NCBI RefSeq assembly: GCF_006345805.1
Contig: NC_043015.1
Location: forward strand, 44,330,001-44,394,000
Reading direction: 5' to 3'
Origin: Octopus sinensis
Lineage: Eukaryota
DNA: 64,000 nt
Below the pieces are notes generated by a model. It saw only the letters and a program-made list of their open reading frames with translations. It did no database searches and was not told the origin of the DNA. Positions 1 to 12,045 of the stretch are shown piece after piece; positions within the stretch are counted from its first letter, which is position 1, and every line of letters begins with the position of its first letter. A program made the position numbers and the translations under genes.

Positions 1-344
1 TTCTACATATATTTGTTTCTATGATGCTTGCGTCATCACACCTTTGCTATATTGATATGACGCATGTAATAAAATGCTCCAGGTATTTAAGCATTGTACG
101 AGATCGCAGTATTGAAAACCGAAGTGTATCGTGTGGGCAAGATTAGTCCTTTTTCCACACTGCACCGATTGATACATAACTCCTGATGATGGTAAACTTC
201 GAATGGTATATTGTGGTAAACCCAATAACCAAGACCAGTCACGCCTTATATGTAAGTTTGTATATATATTAGGTTATGTATAAACATATTTATACATACA
301 TACACACACATACACACACACAAACCAATGTACACATGCATACG

Positions 345-547
345 TACCACAGAGATTTAAAATTTAAAGAAAACAGAAGATAGGTGAAGGAATAACAAGC
401 AGGTATAACAGTTTAACGCTTGGAAAGATATCTTCAACGTTTCGAGCCTACGCTCTTCACCAGACAGGATTGAGAGGGGGAAAGAAAACTGTGAGTGAAG
501 GGGGAAAACTGAGAGAGAAAAGATGTGTAGGGATTAATGGTTCAACG
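345..547 (-). mobile_element. Penelope-like terminal-repeat remnant with hammerhead-like motif (copy H1)
   Basis: Minus strand reads CTGGTGA-A-GAGC-GTAG-GCTC-GAAACGTT (433-467); the same block recurs at 22.8, 32.8 and 57.6 kb; flanked by CA/TA microsatellites. Confidence 0.55.
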
Positions 548-552
548 TGATG

Positions 553-553
553 A

Positions 554-590
<37 letters not shown>

Positions 591-915
591 CATGCATATA
601 TACATACACACAAATCTCTCACTGTCCCTCTCTCTTTAGCTGTCTATCTTTCTATCCATCTTTCTATCTCTCTAAATTATTATGTATGTGTGTATGCGTG
701 CGTGTGTGTACGTGTGTGTATGTGCGTCTGTGCATGTGTGAGTGTGTGTTCGAGATATGCGTTTGTATACATCTCACAGACACAGGGCAGCATACACAAA
801 CACAAACACGCACAAACATACACACACGCATACGCACACACACATATGCACACACACATACGCACACACACATATGCACGCACACATACGCACACACACA
901 CACACACACATACGG
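553..915. repeat. Compound (TA)n/(TG)n/(CA)n microsatellite region
   Basis: Direct dinucleotide runs; explains the overlapping YI/HT/CV ORFs. Confidence 0.95.
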
Positions 916-1679
916 ACAGGCAATTATATACAGAGATTTATTCACAATTGTGAAATCAATTCATGTATGTATGCCACGCGTGGATGTGTTTGTTTGTGCA
1001 TGCATCAGCTCCGTGGTTTGTGTGTGCCCGTGTATTTTGCCCGTGCGCGTGTATCCCTCATGTATCTTGGATTTATATTTCCACAAACCTGAAAAAGAAA
1101 ACGAACAACACGCCTCGTTTAACATGTGATCATGCATTTACATTTAGTTACATATTCACAAAATAAATCATATTTCTAAATATTACTAATTTAATAGAAA
1201 TACGAAACACGCAATCAAAAACTCTTTGCTGTCGTGTATGAAAATACAGTTAAATTATTTTTATCCAATGTAATAATAAAACGGTTTTACTATTTTTTAT
1301 CGATTATTTCCTATGCACGTATTCCGTTTACAAACACGTGATTTTTCTCTTAATTTTTGCTTGTCTTTACTTGTTGCAAATGACCATTTTAAATATGAAA
1401 TTGGTGTTTTTCATACCGGGTACGTTAGAATTATTTGCAAGAAAGCAGAATTTTCTTGGCTGGCAATCAAATAACGCTTTGAGCAAATAATCTTCTAGTC
1501 TGTCCTTTTTTTTTTATATAGCGGAGTACATTTGCTCGCATATTTCATTTCAATTTAATTCCACATCATTTCATTTAATTTTCTATAAATATTTGCATTT
1601 TAGTTACTGCATGCTATTATTTATTACTGATGTAGTTGTTATTACTATTACAATAACTTTTTATTGTTATCACTGCTAT

Positions 1680-1685
1680 TATTAC

Positions 1686-1739
<54 letters not shown>

Positions 1740-2109
1740 CATCATCATCATCATCACCATCATCATCACCATCACCATCACCATCACCATCCTCATCATC
1801 ATCATAAACATCATCATCATCAGCATCAGCATCATCATCATCATCATCATCATCATAAACATCATCACCATCAGCAGCATCATCATCATCATCATCAGCA
1901 GCATCATCATAAACATCATCAGCAGCAGCATCATCATCATCATCACCATCACCATCACCAACACCATCATCGTCATCACCATCATCATCATCATCATAAA
2001 CATCATCATCATCAGCATCATCATCATCAGCATCATCATCATCATCATCACACCATCATCAACATCATCATCATCATCATCATCATCACCAACATCATCA
2101 TCATCATCG

Positions 2110-2150
<41 letters not shown>

Positions 2151-2200
2151 GTCATCGTCATCATCATCATCATCATCATTATTATCATTGATTTGACTCA
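1680..2200. repeat. Compound trinucleotide microsatellite (TAT)n grading into (CAT)n/(CAG)n
   Basis: Direct repeats; source of the poly-Tyr/His/Ile ORFs. Confidence 0.97.
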
Positions 2201-2436
2201 GGTTCGTTCTTATTACTGATAAAAATTTGTTGTTGCTTTCGTTCTTGTTCTTTTTCTTCTTATTACTATTATTATTCCTTTTTTTAATATTCATTGATTG
2301 ATATTATCAGTATCAATACTATGCATATGTTGATCGACTTCATAACATTGTAGTGCTGGACAAAAGCAATTACTCTTTATTAAGTCAGGTTCTGAGATAA
2401 CATCTAAAGAGGACTGAATCTAACATTCATCCCTCC

Positions 2437-4145
2437 GGTAACTATAAATTAACAAGGCGGCGAGCTGGCAGAAACGTTAGCACGCCGGGCGAAATGCTTC
2501 GCGGTGTTTCGTCTGCCGTTACGTTCTGAGTTCAAATTCCGCCGAGGTCGACTTTGCGTTTCATCATTTCGGGGTCGATAAATTAAGTACCAGTCACGCA
2601 CTGGGATCGATGTAATCGACTTAATCCGTGTGTCTGTCCTTGTTTGTCCCCTCTGTGTTTAGCCCCTTGTGGGTAGTAAAAAATATATATTTTCCTTTCG
2701 AGGTCGATAAATTAAGTACCAGTTATGCACTGGGGGTCGATGTAATCGACTTAATCCGTTTGTCTATCCTTGTTTGTCCTCTCTGTGTTTAGTCCCTTGT
2801 AGGTAGTAAAGAAATAGATATTTCGTCTGCCGTTACGTTCCGAGTTCAAATTCCGCCGAGGTCGACGTTGCCTTTCATCCTTCGGGGTCGATAAATTAAG
2901 GACCAGTTACGCACTGGGGTCGATGCAAGCGACTTAACCCGAGTGTCTGTCCTTGTTCGTCCCCTCTGTGTTTAGCACATTGTGGGTAGTAAAGAAATAG
3001 GTAACTATAAATTAACAAGGCGGCGAGCTGGCAGAAACGTTAGCACGCCGGGCGAAATGCTTCGCGGTGTTTCGTCTGCCGTTACGTTCTGAGTTCAAAT
3101 TCCGCCGAGGTCGACTTTGCGTTTCATCATTTCGGGGTCGATAAATTAAGTACCAGTCACGCACTGGGATCGATGTAATCGACTTAATCCGTGTGTCTGT
3201 CCTTGTTTGTCCCCTCTGTGTTTAGCCCCTTGTGGGTAGTAAAAAATATATATTTTCCTTTCGAGGTCGATAAATAAGTACCAGTTATGCACTGGGGGTC
3301 GATGTAATCGACTTAATCCGTTTGTCTATCCTTGTTTGTCCTCTCTGTGTTTAGTCCCTTGTAGGTAGTAAAGAAATAGATATTTCGTCTGCCGTTACGT
3401 TCCGAGTTCAAATTCCGCCGAGGTCGACGTTGCCTTTCATCCTTTCGGGGTCGATAAATTAAGGACCAGTTACGCACTGGGGTCGATGTAATCGACTTAA
3501 TCCGTGTGTCTGTCCTTGTTCGTCCCCTCTGTGTTTAGCACATTGTGGGTAGTAAAGAAATAGGTAACTATAAATTAACAAGGCGGCGAGCTGGCAGAAA
3601 CGTTAGCACGCCGGGCGAAATGCTTCGCGGTGTTTCGTCTGCCGTTACGTTCTGAGTTCAAATTCCGCCGAGGTCGACTTTGCGTTTCATCATTTCGGGG
3701 TCGATAAATTAAGTACCAGTCACGCACTGGGATCGATGTAATCGACTTAATCCGTGTGTCTGTCCTTGTTTGTCCCCTCTGTGTTTAGCCCCTTGTGGGT
3801 AGTAAAAAATATATATTTTCCTTTCGAGGTCGATAAATTAAGTACCAGTTATGCACTGGGGGTCGATGTAATCGACTTAATCCGTTTGTCTATCCTTGTT
3901 TGTCCTCTCTGTGTTTAGTCCCTTGTAGGTAGTAAAGAAATAGATATTTCGTCTGCCGTTACGTTCCGAGTTCAAATTCCGCCGAGGTCGACGTTGCCTT
4001 TCATCCTTTCGGGGTCGATAAATTAAGGACCAGTTACGCACTGGGGTCGATGCAAGCGACTTAACCCGAGTGTCTGTCCTTGTTCGTCCCCTCTGTGTTT
4101 AGCACATTGTGGGTAGTAAAGAAATAGGTAACTATAAATTAACAA
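2437..4145 (+). repeat. Three tandem ~563-bp copies of a SINE-A trimer separated by a shared 19-bp direct repeat
   Basis: GGTAACTATAAATTAACAA starts at 2437, 3000, 3563 and 4127; each unit = tRNA-like head AAGGCGGCGAGCTGGCAGAAACG + B-box-like GAGTTCAAATT + three body copies ending AAAGAAATA. Confidence 0.93.
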
Positions 4146-4997
4146 CTCTTCAAGTATTTGAGGGGAGTATATATGTAAACCTTACTAAAATGATGTCATT
4201 TGTTACTGGTTTCATTTACGGTTAGACGATTAAGGAGAGCCAATATCCATTTCAAAATACATCTGTATTTCATCAACTCTAAGACGGTGAAACTAAACGA
4301 ACAAAAATCTCTTCATCCCGCAGCAAACATAAGCACAAAGTGCCTTCGCAAACCCACACACATTCATGCATGCATACTCATAAACGTATATAATAGTAAA
4401 TGAATTCACACACACACACACACACAAACCAATATAAGTTCAAACACTCCGAGGCCAAATTTGCTTTTCCTCCCTCCGGGTTAAATGGAACAAACTACCA
4501 ATGAGCATAATATCAATTGACACCATTTTGCTCCAAAATTGTTGGCCCTTTGTTTAATTCATAAATTGTTATGCATAATTATACTAAATTGCATGACCGT
4601 TTGCGCATTGACAAAACGACTAAATGTCTGGATATGAATGATGCAGCAGTTAGCTTTGTATTCCACCTTTTCGAGTTTGATGAAGTAAATTACAAGGATT
4701 GCTGGTTAAACTAAGCACCTCCAGTGAAATTTCAGGCCTTGTGTTCATGTCAGAAACACTTAATTATATAAAAAAAAATTTCACTATCTCGAATATAAAT
4801 TTAAAAGAATTCAAAATTACAAATACAATAGTTATGTTCTGGTTTTTAAGTAAATTCGAATCTTACTTTTCAAAAACACATAACCATTGTAAGTATATGG
4901 AATTTCTTCATGAGTAATGTATATTAAGGAGAAGGTAGCGTAATATTTAGTTCACATATAGAATTGTGAGATATTTAAGATAATTACAATTCTAAAG

Positions 4998-5294
4998 TGG
5001 AGGCACATGGCCTAGTGATTAGAGCAGCGGACTCGAGGTCGAGGGATCGCGGGTTCGAATATCAGACCGTGCGATGTGTGTGTTTATGAGCGAAACACCT
5101 AAGTTCAACGCGGCTCCGGCAGAAGGTAATGGCGAACCTCTGCTGACTCTTTCGCCACAGCTTTCTCTCACTCTTTCCTCCTGCATCTTGCAGCTCACAT
5201 GCGACAGACCGGTGTCCCGTCCAGGTGGGGAACCTATAAGTAAACCAGGAAACAGGCCCTTATGAGACAGGCGTGGCTTGAGAAGGAACAAACA
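4998..5294 (+). mobile_element. tRNA-derived SINE, family C, full length with 12-bp TSD
   Basis: A box TGGCCTAGTGATT, B box GGTTCGAAT, (CAA)-like tail; TSD ACAATTCTAAAG at 4986-4997 and 5295-5306. Confidence 0.9.
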
Positions 5295-5335
5295 ACAATT
5301 CTAAAGGAAAGTAATTATCTGAAATATAATGTGAC

Positions 5336-5414
5336 ATGTGTGTATGTCCTTGTGTGTTGATATATTTAATATTTGATATATTTAATACATCAACACACAA
5401 AAACATACACACAT
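5336..5414. repeat. Fold-back inverted repeat, 26-bp arms (2 mismatches), 27-nt AT-rich loop
   Basis: ATGTGTGTATGTCCTTGTGTGTTGAT / ATCAACACACAAAAACATACACACAT; the right arm recurs at 6859-6880. Confidence 0.75.
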
Positions 5415-7018
5415 TGCAAGGCAGAGTATCTCGTACCCTGCAATGTTTCTTCCCGTGGGTATGGTCTATTTGTACTTGTACACAAAGGAATTGGTCATTT
5501 GACCTAAACACATAAACGTTCAATATGACTCTTAGGAAGAGAAAAGGGGTTGTTTACCCTCAATGATGATATTGAATGATACAAATACCATAGTATGACT
5601 TATCCTTACTGTGTTAACTCAAAGCTATGTCAACAAGTTTATCCCCCAAGACGCAAATTCTGGTTGAAGACAGCAGCTGCATGTTTACTTTCTCCTTCGC
5701 TTCATCTTATTGCTAAATATGTTATTCGCTAACTGCTATAAAAATCTATTAATGAGCGAGAAACACACGACCGTCTTTCGCTTAACCTATGTCGTGTGTA
5801 ACTTTATATAACTCATGTAAATTACATACGAATTTGAACTACATCCACAAGAGCGTATTATTAAAAACAAAATCGATTTCTACGATAAAGTAAGGCAGTA
5901 ACAATAGTATGCAAGACTTTATATTGATTTTTTTCTTTCCCAAACGCGAATTAATTATCTGTACAAGTAAATACTAAATCAGCACATGTACATATTTATA
6001 TAAATGATTTCTTTTAAAGAGATTTAGAAGCCTTTGTGCATACAGAATAGCATATAAAATGTGTAATGAACATTATCGAGAATATATTGAACATATGAAC
6101 GAAAGAACCAGTAAGCTCGCAGGCTGATACACCTAACATATATGAAAGCAAAAATGTAATTTATAAAGATCCTTCGTCGGTTTCGAAGAGGAGTATATTG
6201 ATGTCGTTCGGCTGACTGAATTAATTACTCATTAAATAATCATAGTGTAAGAGCTCAAGTGTTCCATAGACAACAAAACCCTTAATGTTAAGCAGAGACA
6301 AAATCGGCCTAATACAGTGGGTTACGCGCGGCTCTCTATATACGAGGCATACTTTTAATCAATCTCTGTCTAATCGATGTTCATCTGAATGTTAACGCGA
6401 GATTATTGGTAGATGTACTTGCCCAGAACGGCATGAATTATATGGCCAACTAGCACCACAAATATACATACATACATACATACATGCATACACACATAGA
6501 CACACACACACACACGTATGTACGTAAATGTCGAACGATGAAAATGAGTGTTCAACAATGCATGGGTGATTTCATTAATTGTGAATTTCATTAATTGTGA
6601 ATTAAGGCTACCATTGGTTTCATGCTAAGAAACGAAGGAAAATGTCAGAGTGTCTTAAAACTTTTTCAAATCTCTTACACGGAGAAAAGTGTTCGCCTCC
6701 ATTTTGGAGGCAAGTAATTTAAATTATAAGAAATGGAATAAATAGAGGGTATGTCATTCGTATAATACATCGCTGTTAGAGTAGTATGGATGTATTAGTG
6801 AGTATTTCCCCAGGCGTGCAACAGTGCAAGCATGCAAGGGTCAACTTTCATTAAATATATCAACACACAAAAACATACACCCATGTAAATACGCTTATAC
6901 AATACACACATAAAACACAAACACATACACACACGCGCGCGTACACACACAAACCTGCACGCGCACACCACACTGATGATTCAGCTAGCTCAGTGTTCTA
7001 ATAGTAATAAGAAGCGTG

Positions 7019-8237
7019 TTACATCAACCCCCAGTGCTCAACTGGTACTTATTTAATATTAAGTCGATTACATCGACCCCAGTGCTCAACTGGTACTTAT
7101 TTAATATTAAGTCGATTACATCGACCCCAGTGCTCAACTGGTACTTATTTAATATTAAGTCGATTACATCGACCCCAGTGCGTAACTGGTACTTAATTTA
7201 TCGACCCCGAAAGGATGAAAGGCAAAGTCGACCTCAGCGGAATTTGATCTCAGAACGTAACGGCAGAAGAAATACATATTTCTTTATTACCCACAAGGGG
7301 CTAAACGTAGAGGGGACACACAAGGACAGACATAGGTATTAAGTTGATTACATCGACCCCCAGTGCGTAACTGGTACTTAATTTATCGACCCCGAAATGA
7401 TGAAAGGCAAAGTCGACCTCGGCGGAATTTGATCTCAGAACGTAACGGCAGACAAAATACCTATTTCTTTACTACCCACAAGGGGCTAAACATAAAGGGG
7501 ACAAACAAGAGCAGACAAACGGACTAAGTCGATTACATCGACCCCCAGTGCGTAACTGGTACTTATTTAATCGACCCTGAAAGGATGCAAGGCAAAGTCG
7601 ACCTCCGCGGAATTTGATCTCAGAACGTAACGGCAGAAGAAATACATATTTCTTTATTACCCACAAGGGGCTAAACGTAGAGGGGATACACAAGGACAGA
7701 CATAGGTATTAAGTTGATTACATCGACCCCCAGTGCGTAACTGGTACTTAATTTATCGACCCCGAAATGATGAAAGGCAAAGTCGACCTCGGCGGAATTT
7801 GATCTCAGAACGTAACGGCAGACAAAATACCTATTTCTTTACTACCCACAAGGGGCTAAACATAAAGGGGACAAAAAAGAGCAGACAAACGGACTAAGTC
7901 GATTACATCGACCCCCCAGTGCGTAACTGGTACTTATTTAATCGACCCTGAAAGGATGAAAGGCAAAGTCGGCCTCAGCGGAATTTGATCTCAGAACGTA
8001 ACGGCAGAAGAAATACCTATTTCTTTATTACCCACAAGGGGCTAAACATAGAGGGGACACACAAGGACAGACATAGGTATTAAGTTGATTACATCGACCC
8101 CCAGTGTGTAACTGGTACTTAATTTATCGACCCCGAAAGGATGAAAGGCAAAGTCGACTTCGGCGGAATTTGAACTCAGAACGTAACGGCAGACGAAATA
8201 CCGGTAAGCATTTCGTCCAGCGTGCTTAACGATTCTG
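7019..8237 (-). repeat. SINE-A tandem array (about 5 monomers of ~183 bp plus degenerate head) ending in a 48-bp minisatellite
   Basis: Repeated reverse-complement monomers with alternating variants; 48-bp unit ATTAAGTCGATTACATCGACCCCAGTGCTCAACTGGTACTTATTTAAT about x3 at 7019-7170. Confidence 0.92.
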
Positions 8238-8872
8238 TTAATTACAAATAGAAATCATAAATACTGAACGCACTTTTAAAACATCCGAGTCACACACATA
8301 CATATACATATCCATACAAAAGCGAATGCTTACGTACACACACAGAATCACTCAATCCTACTGGCGTTTATACATATACACGTGCATACACCTTCTTAGG
8401 CACATTCCTTTATGCATACATCAATATATATGAAGGCACGCGTTGGTACGTGTACGAACATTCTTACATGAGCACTACAGAGTGTATACATACATACGCG
8501 CAACATACTTTCACATTTGTATATACGAACGCACAAACATTTATTTGTATGATTGGATAACAAGAACTGACACGCAAAACGTACGACGTGCGCGTGCATA
8601 GAATTTAAACGGAGATTAGAGACGAGCGTATTAAAGTACACATATATAACGAATTTATACGCACGTATACAAACAAACACACATATATATATATACATAC
8701 ACACACACAGACACACACATACATATATATATATATATACATATATATACTTATATCTATATATCTGTGTGTCTATCTGAGTATCTGCCTCTCTGCCTCG
8801 CCCTTATACATACATGCCTATATATATGTATACATATACATACATATACATATATCTATCTACCTATCTATC

Positions 8873-8922
<50 letters not shown>

Positions 8923-9303
8923 CTCATACATTCCTTGTGCATGTTCCCATGTCTATCTTTATTCGTTTATTAAAATTGTTCTGTTTATTTAATACTCAAT
9001 CTTTTCTTGAAAATTTACAAGATATTTTGTTTATGTATATATATATATATGTATGTATATATATATGTGTGTAGAGAGAGAGAGGGAGAGGGAGAGAGAG
9101 AGCGAGGGACAGAGAAAGAGAGATATGGTGATGAATATATAACGCAGGTATTTTGTTAAAGCTGCAATAACACGCAAACATGCATTATGCAAAAGGCTCT
9201 CACAGACCAAATCTTACAAAAGTGCATTTAGTGAAGGCACGTGCACTTAAGTAAATTACATGATCTGGAGTTACGAGCGAACAAATTGCGCCTATATATT
9301 TTG

Positions 9304-9352
<49 letters not shown>

Positions 9353-9439
9353 TATATAGGATAATTTACCCTTTATTCTGCCATAGACATTAATTATGGT
9401 GACAACTGGCCATTTCGAATTGTAATCAAGTTTTCAAAC

Positions 9440-9655
9440 ATAGATTTCAAATTGTGGGAGAAGGCATGAATTTCAGAGGTGCATGAACGTCTATTATACA
9501 GATCACAGTGCTCGGCTGGTACTTATTTTAAAGACGTTTAAACGATAAAATGTGATTTTTCAAACTCTGCTGGATTTGAACTCAGAATGTAAAGTTGGAC
9601 GAAATGTATAAGGAATTTTGCCCGGAGCAGTAAGTGTTCTGTAGCTCGGCGCCTT
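9440..9655 (-). mobile_element. Old, diverged SINE-A-related copy
   Basis: Degenerate CTGGTACTTATTT ... GGATTTGAACTCAGAATGT ... CTCGGCGCCTT. Confidence 0.6.
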
Positions 9656-9769
9656 GACTATTTTAATATTTAAAATATTGTTAATGGCTATGAAAATCTC
9701 CTTGCAAACTTTCATTTAAAACAAAATCTAAACGTTTGTATATTTTGATAAAGTACATAATGAATATGC

Positions 9770-10757
9770 GAAATGCTTAGCGGTATTTCGTCTGCCGCTA
9801 CGTTCTGAGTTTAAATTCCGCCGAGGCGACTGAACCTTTCATCCTTTCGGGGTCGATAAATTAAGTACCACTTACACACTGGGGTCGATGTAATCGACTT
9901 AATACCTATGTCTGTCCTTGTTTGTCCCTTCTATGTTTAGCCCCTTGTGGGTAATAAAGAAATGGGCATTTCGTCTGCCGCTACGTTCTGAGTTTAAATT
10001 CCGCCGAATTCGACTTTGCCTTTCATCCTTTCGGGGTCGATAAATGAAGGACCAGTTACGCACTCTGGTCGATGTAATCAACTTAATCCGTTTGTCTATT
10101 CTTGTTTGTCCTCTCTGTGTTTAGCCCCTTGTGGGCAGTAAAGAAATAGGTATTTCGTCTGCATCTACGTTCTGGGTTCAAATTCCGCCGAGGTCGACTC
10201 TGCCCTTCATCCTTTCGGGGTCGATTAAATAAGTACCAGTTACGCACTGGGGTCGATATAATTGACTTAATCCGCTGTCTGTCCTTGTTTGTCCTCTCTG
10301 TGTTTAGTCCCTTGTGGGTAGTAAAGAAATAGGTATTTCGTCTGCCGTTACGTTCTGAGTTCAAATTCCGCCGAGGTCGACTTTACTTTTCATCCTTTCG
10401 GGGTCGATAAATTAAGTATCAGTTACGCACTGGGGTCGATGTAATCGACTTAATCCATATGTCTGTCCTTGTTTGTCCCCTCTATGTTTAGCCCCTTGTG
10501 GGTAGTAAATAAATAGGTATTTCGTCTGCCGCTACGTTCTGAGTTTAAATTCCGCCGAATTCGACTTTGCCTTTCATCCTTTCGGGGTCGATTAAATAAG
10601 TACCAGTTACGCACTGGGGTCGATGTAATCGACTTAATCCGTTTGTCTGTCCTTGTTTGTCCTCCCTGTGTTTAGCCCCTTGTGGGTAGTAAAGAAATAG
10701 GTATTTCGTCTGCCGTTACGTTCTGTGTTCAAATTCTACCGAGGTCAAATTTGCCTT
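9770..10757 (+). repeat. SINE-A tandem array, 5 full monomers + partial (~183-bp period)
   Basis: Monomer starts near 9785, 9968, 10152, 10335, 10519 and 10702; junction AAAGAAATAGGTATTTCGTCTG. Confidence 0.92.
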
Positions 10758-11355
10758 TCTACGTAAATGAAATATGTATTAGATAAATGTGATCGATTCA
10801 GCACCTCCACCGAACTTGCTAGCCACGGTTCAAATATGAAACCAACACAGGAAATGCCTGAATATAAGTTGCATTTGTCACTCACTGACAGTTTTAATTT
10901 TTCATCGTCGTGATCCAGTATCAATGGCATGAAAATTTACTTACAGTGATACGCGGTTCTATCGACTCTAATCAATAGGATTTAAACCAGAAAATTGATA
11001 GTTATCTTATTGCTTTAGAAGAGAGATCACGAATCGAATGAGGCACACAATTGGAAGTTTAGAATCAAAGAACTGTGTCGTTATCGAACTGCTGATTGGT
11101 AATGCGTATTATTAAACTCATATCACCTTCATAGTCTTATCTTTTCTTTGAGATAAATAGGGCTCCGTAATCTATGGAATCCCTCTGCATTTTTTTGTTC
11201 TTGCTGTTGTGTAACGTTAGGGTTTCTATCAGATCTCGCAAACACTTACATCAACACAGCCCTTTTTTAGCTTTTCAGATTTGATGGTACCGAGGATATT
11301 AGAAATATGCGCTGCCCAAAACATCTCTCTCTCTCTTTTTTTACTCTTTTTTTTT

Positions 11356-11567
11356 TACTTGTTCCAGTCATTTGACTGCGGCCATGATGGAGCACGCCTT
11401 TAGTCGAGCATATCGACCCAAGGACTTATTCTTTGTAAGCCTAGTATTTCTTCTATCGGTCTCTCTTGCCGAACTGCTAAGTTACGGGGACATAAACACA
11501 CCAGCATCGGTTGTCAATTGATGTTGGGGGACAAACATTGACACACAAACATATACACACACATATA

Positions 11568-11599
<32 letters not shown>

Positions 11600-11760
11600 C
11601 ACGATGGGTTTCTTTCAGTTTCCGTCTACCAAATCCACTCACAAGGCTTTGGTCGGTCCAAGGCTATAATAGAAGACACTTTCCCAAGGTGCCACGCTGT
11701 GAGACTGAACCCAGAACCATGTGGTTGGTAAGCAAGCTACTTACCACACAGCCACTTCTG
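11356..11760 (-). mobile_element. tRNA-derived SINE, family B (CORE-like CTTGGGCAAGT domain, internal TA/CA microsatellite)
   Basis: Matches the copies at 14.4, 17.2, 41.4, 50.8 and 59.5 kb; head TGGCTGTGTGGTAAG...GGTTCAGTC on the minus strand. Confidence 0.9.
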
Positions 11761-11822
11761 GTCAAAGAAACAAAATAGAGGAAGGACGATTATATTAATT
11801 TCATGTTATTTCAAAGCAAATT

Positions 11823-12045
11823 AAGGCAGCGAGCTAGAAGAATAATTAGCGCGCCGGCCATAACACTTCGCAGGATTACTGCCGATTATATGCTCTAAGT
11901 TCAAATGTCGCCGTAGGTTGACTTTGCTTTTTATTTTCTCAGAGGTCGATAAAATGTGTAACAGTCATGAACTGGGATTGGTATAGTCAACTAGCACCTT
12001 CCAGAAAATTCCACACCTTGAGCCTACATTTGAAATGATTATATT
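11823..12045 (+). mobile_element. Diverged SINE-A (form 2 tail) copy
   Basis: AAGGCAGCGAGCTAG head, AAGTTCAAATG B box, tail AAAATTCCACACCTTGAGCCTA. Confidence 0.65.

Noticed and set aside
19-225. ORF with SSGVMYQSVQCGKR, vaguely GIY-YIG-like; nearby CTGATGA at 183
   Set aside because: Lacks the YIG motif; the downstream GAAT does not complete a hammerhead core
1593-2294. 208-aa poly-Tyr/His ORF and 225-aa antisense ORF
   Set aside because: Pure translation of the TAT/CAT microsatellite; no coding complexity
2437-2455. GGTAACTATAA resembles the start of an rDNA homing-endonuclease site
   Set aside because: Only 11 nt match, with no surrounding rRNA sequence; it is a TSD
4998-5075. tRNA gene-like cloverleaf (also 49395-49469 and 13146-13215)
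   Set aside because: Continues into SINE body and tail with TSDs; not a stand-alone tRNA
7019-7170. CRISPR-like look of short palindromic repeats
   Set aside because: Spacers are identical and derive from SINE-A; eukaryotic context; no cas genes
10144-10330. Search for a self-cleaving ribozyme inside the SINE-A monomer
   Set aside because: No CUGANGA/GAAA arrangement found by eye on either strand; other ribozyme classes would need covariance-model searches
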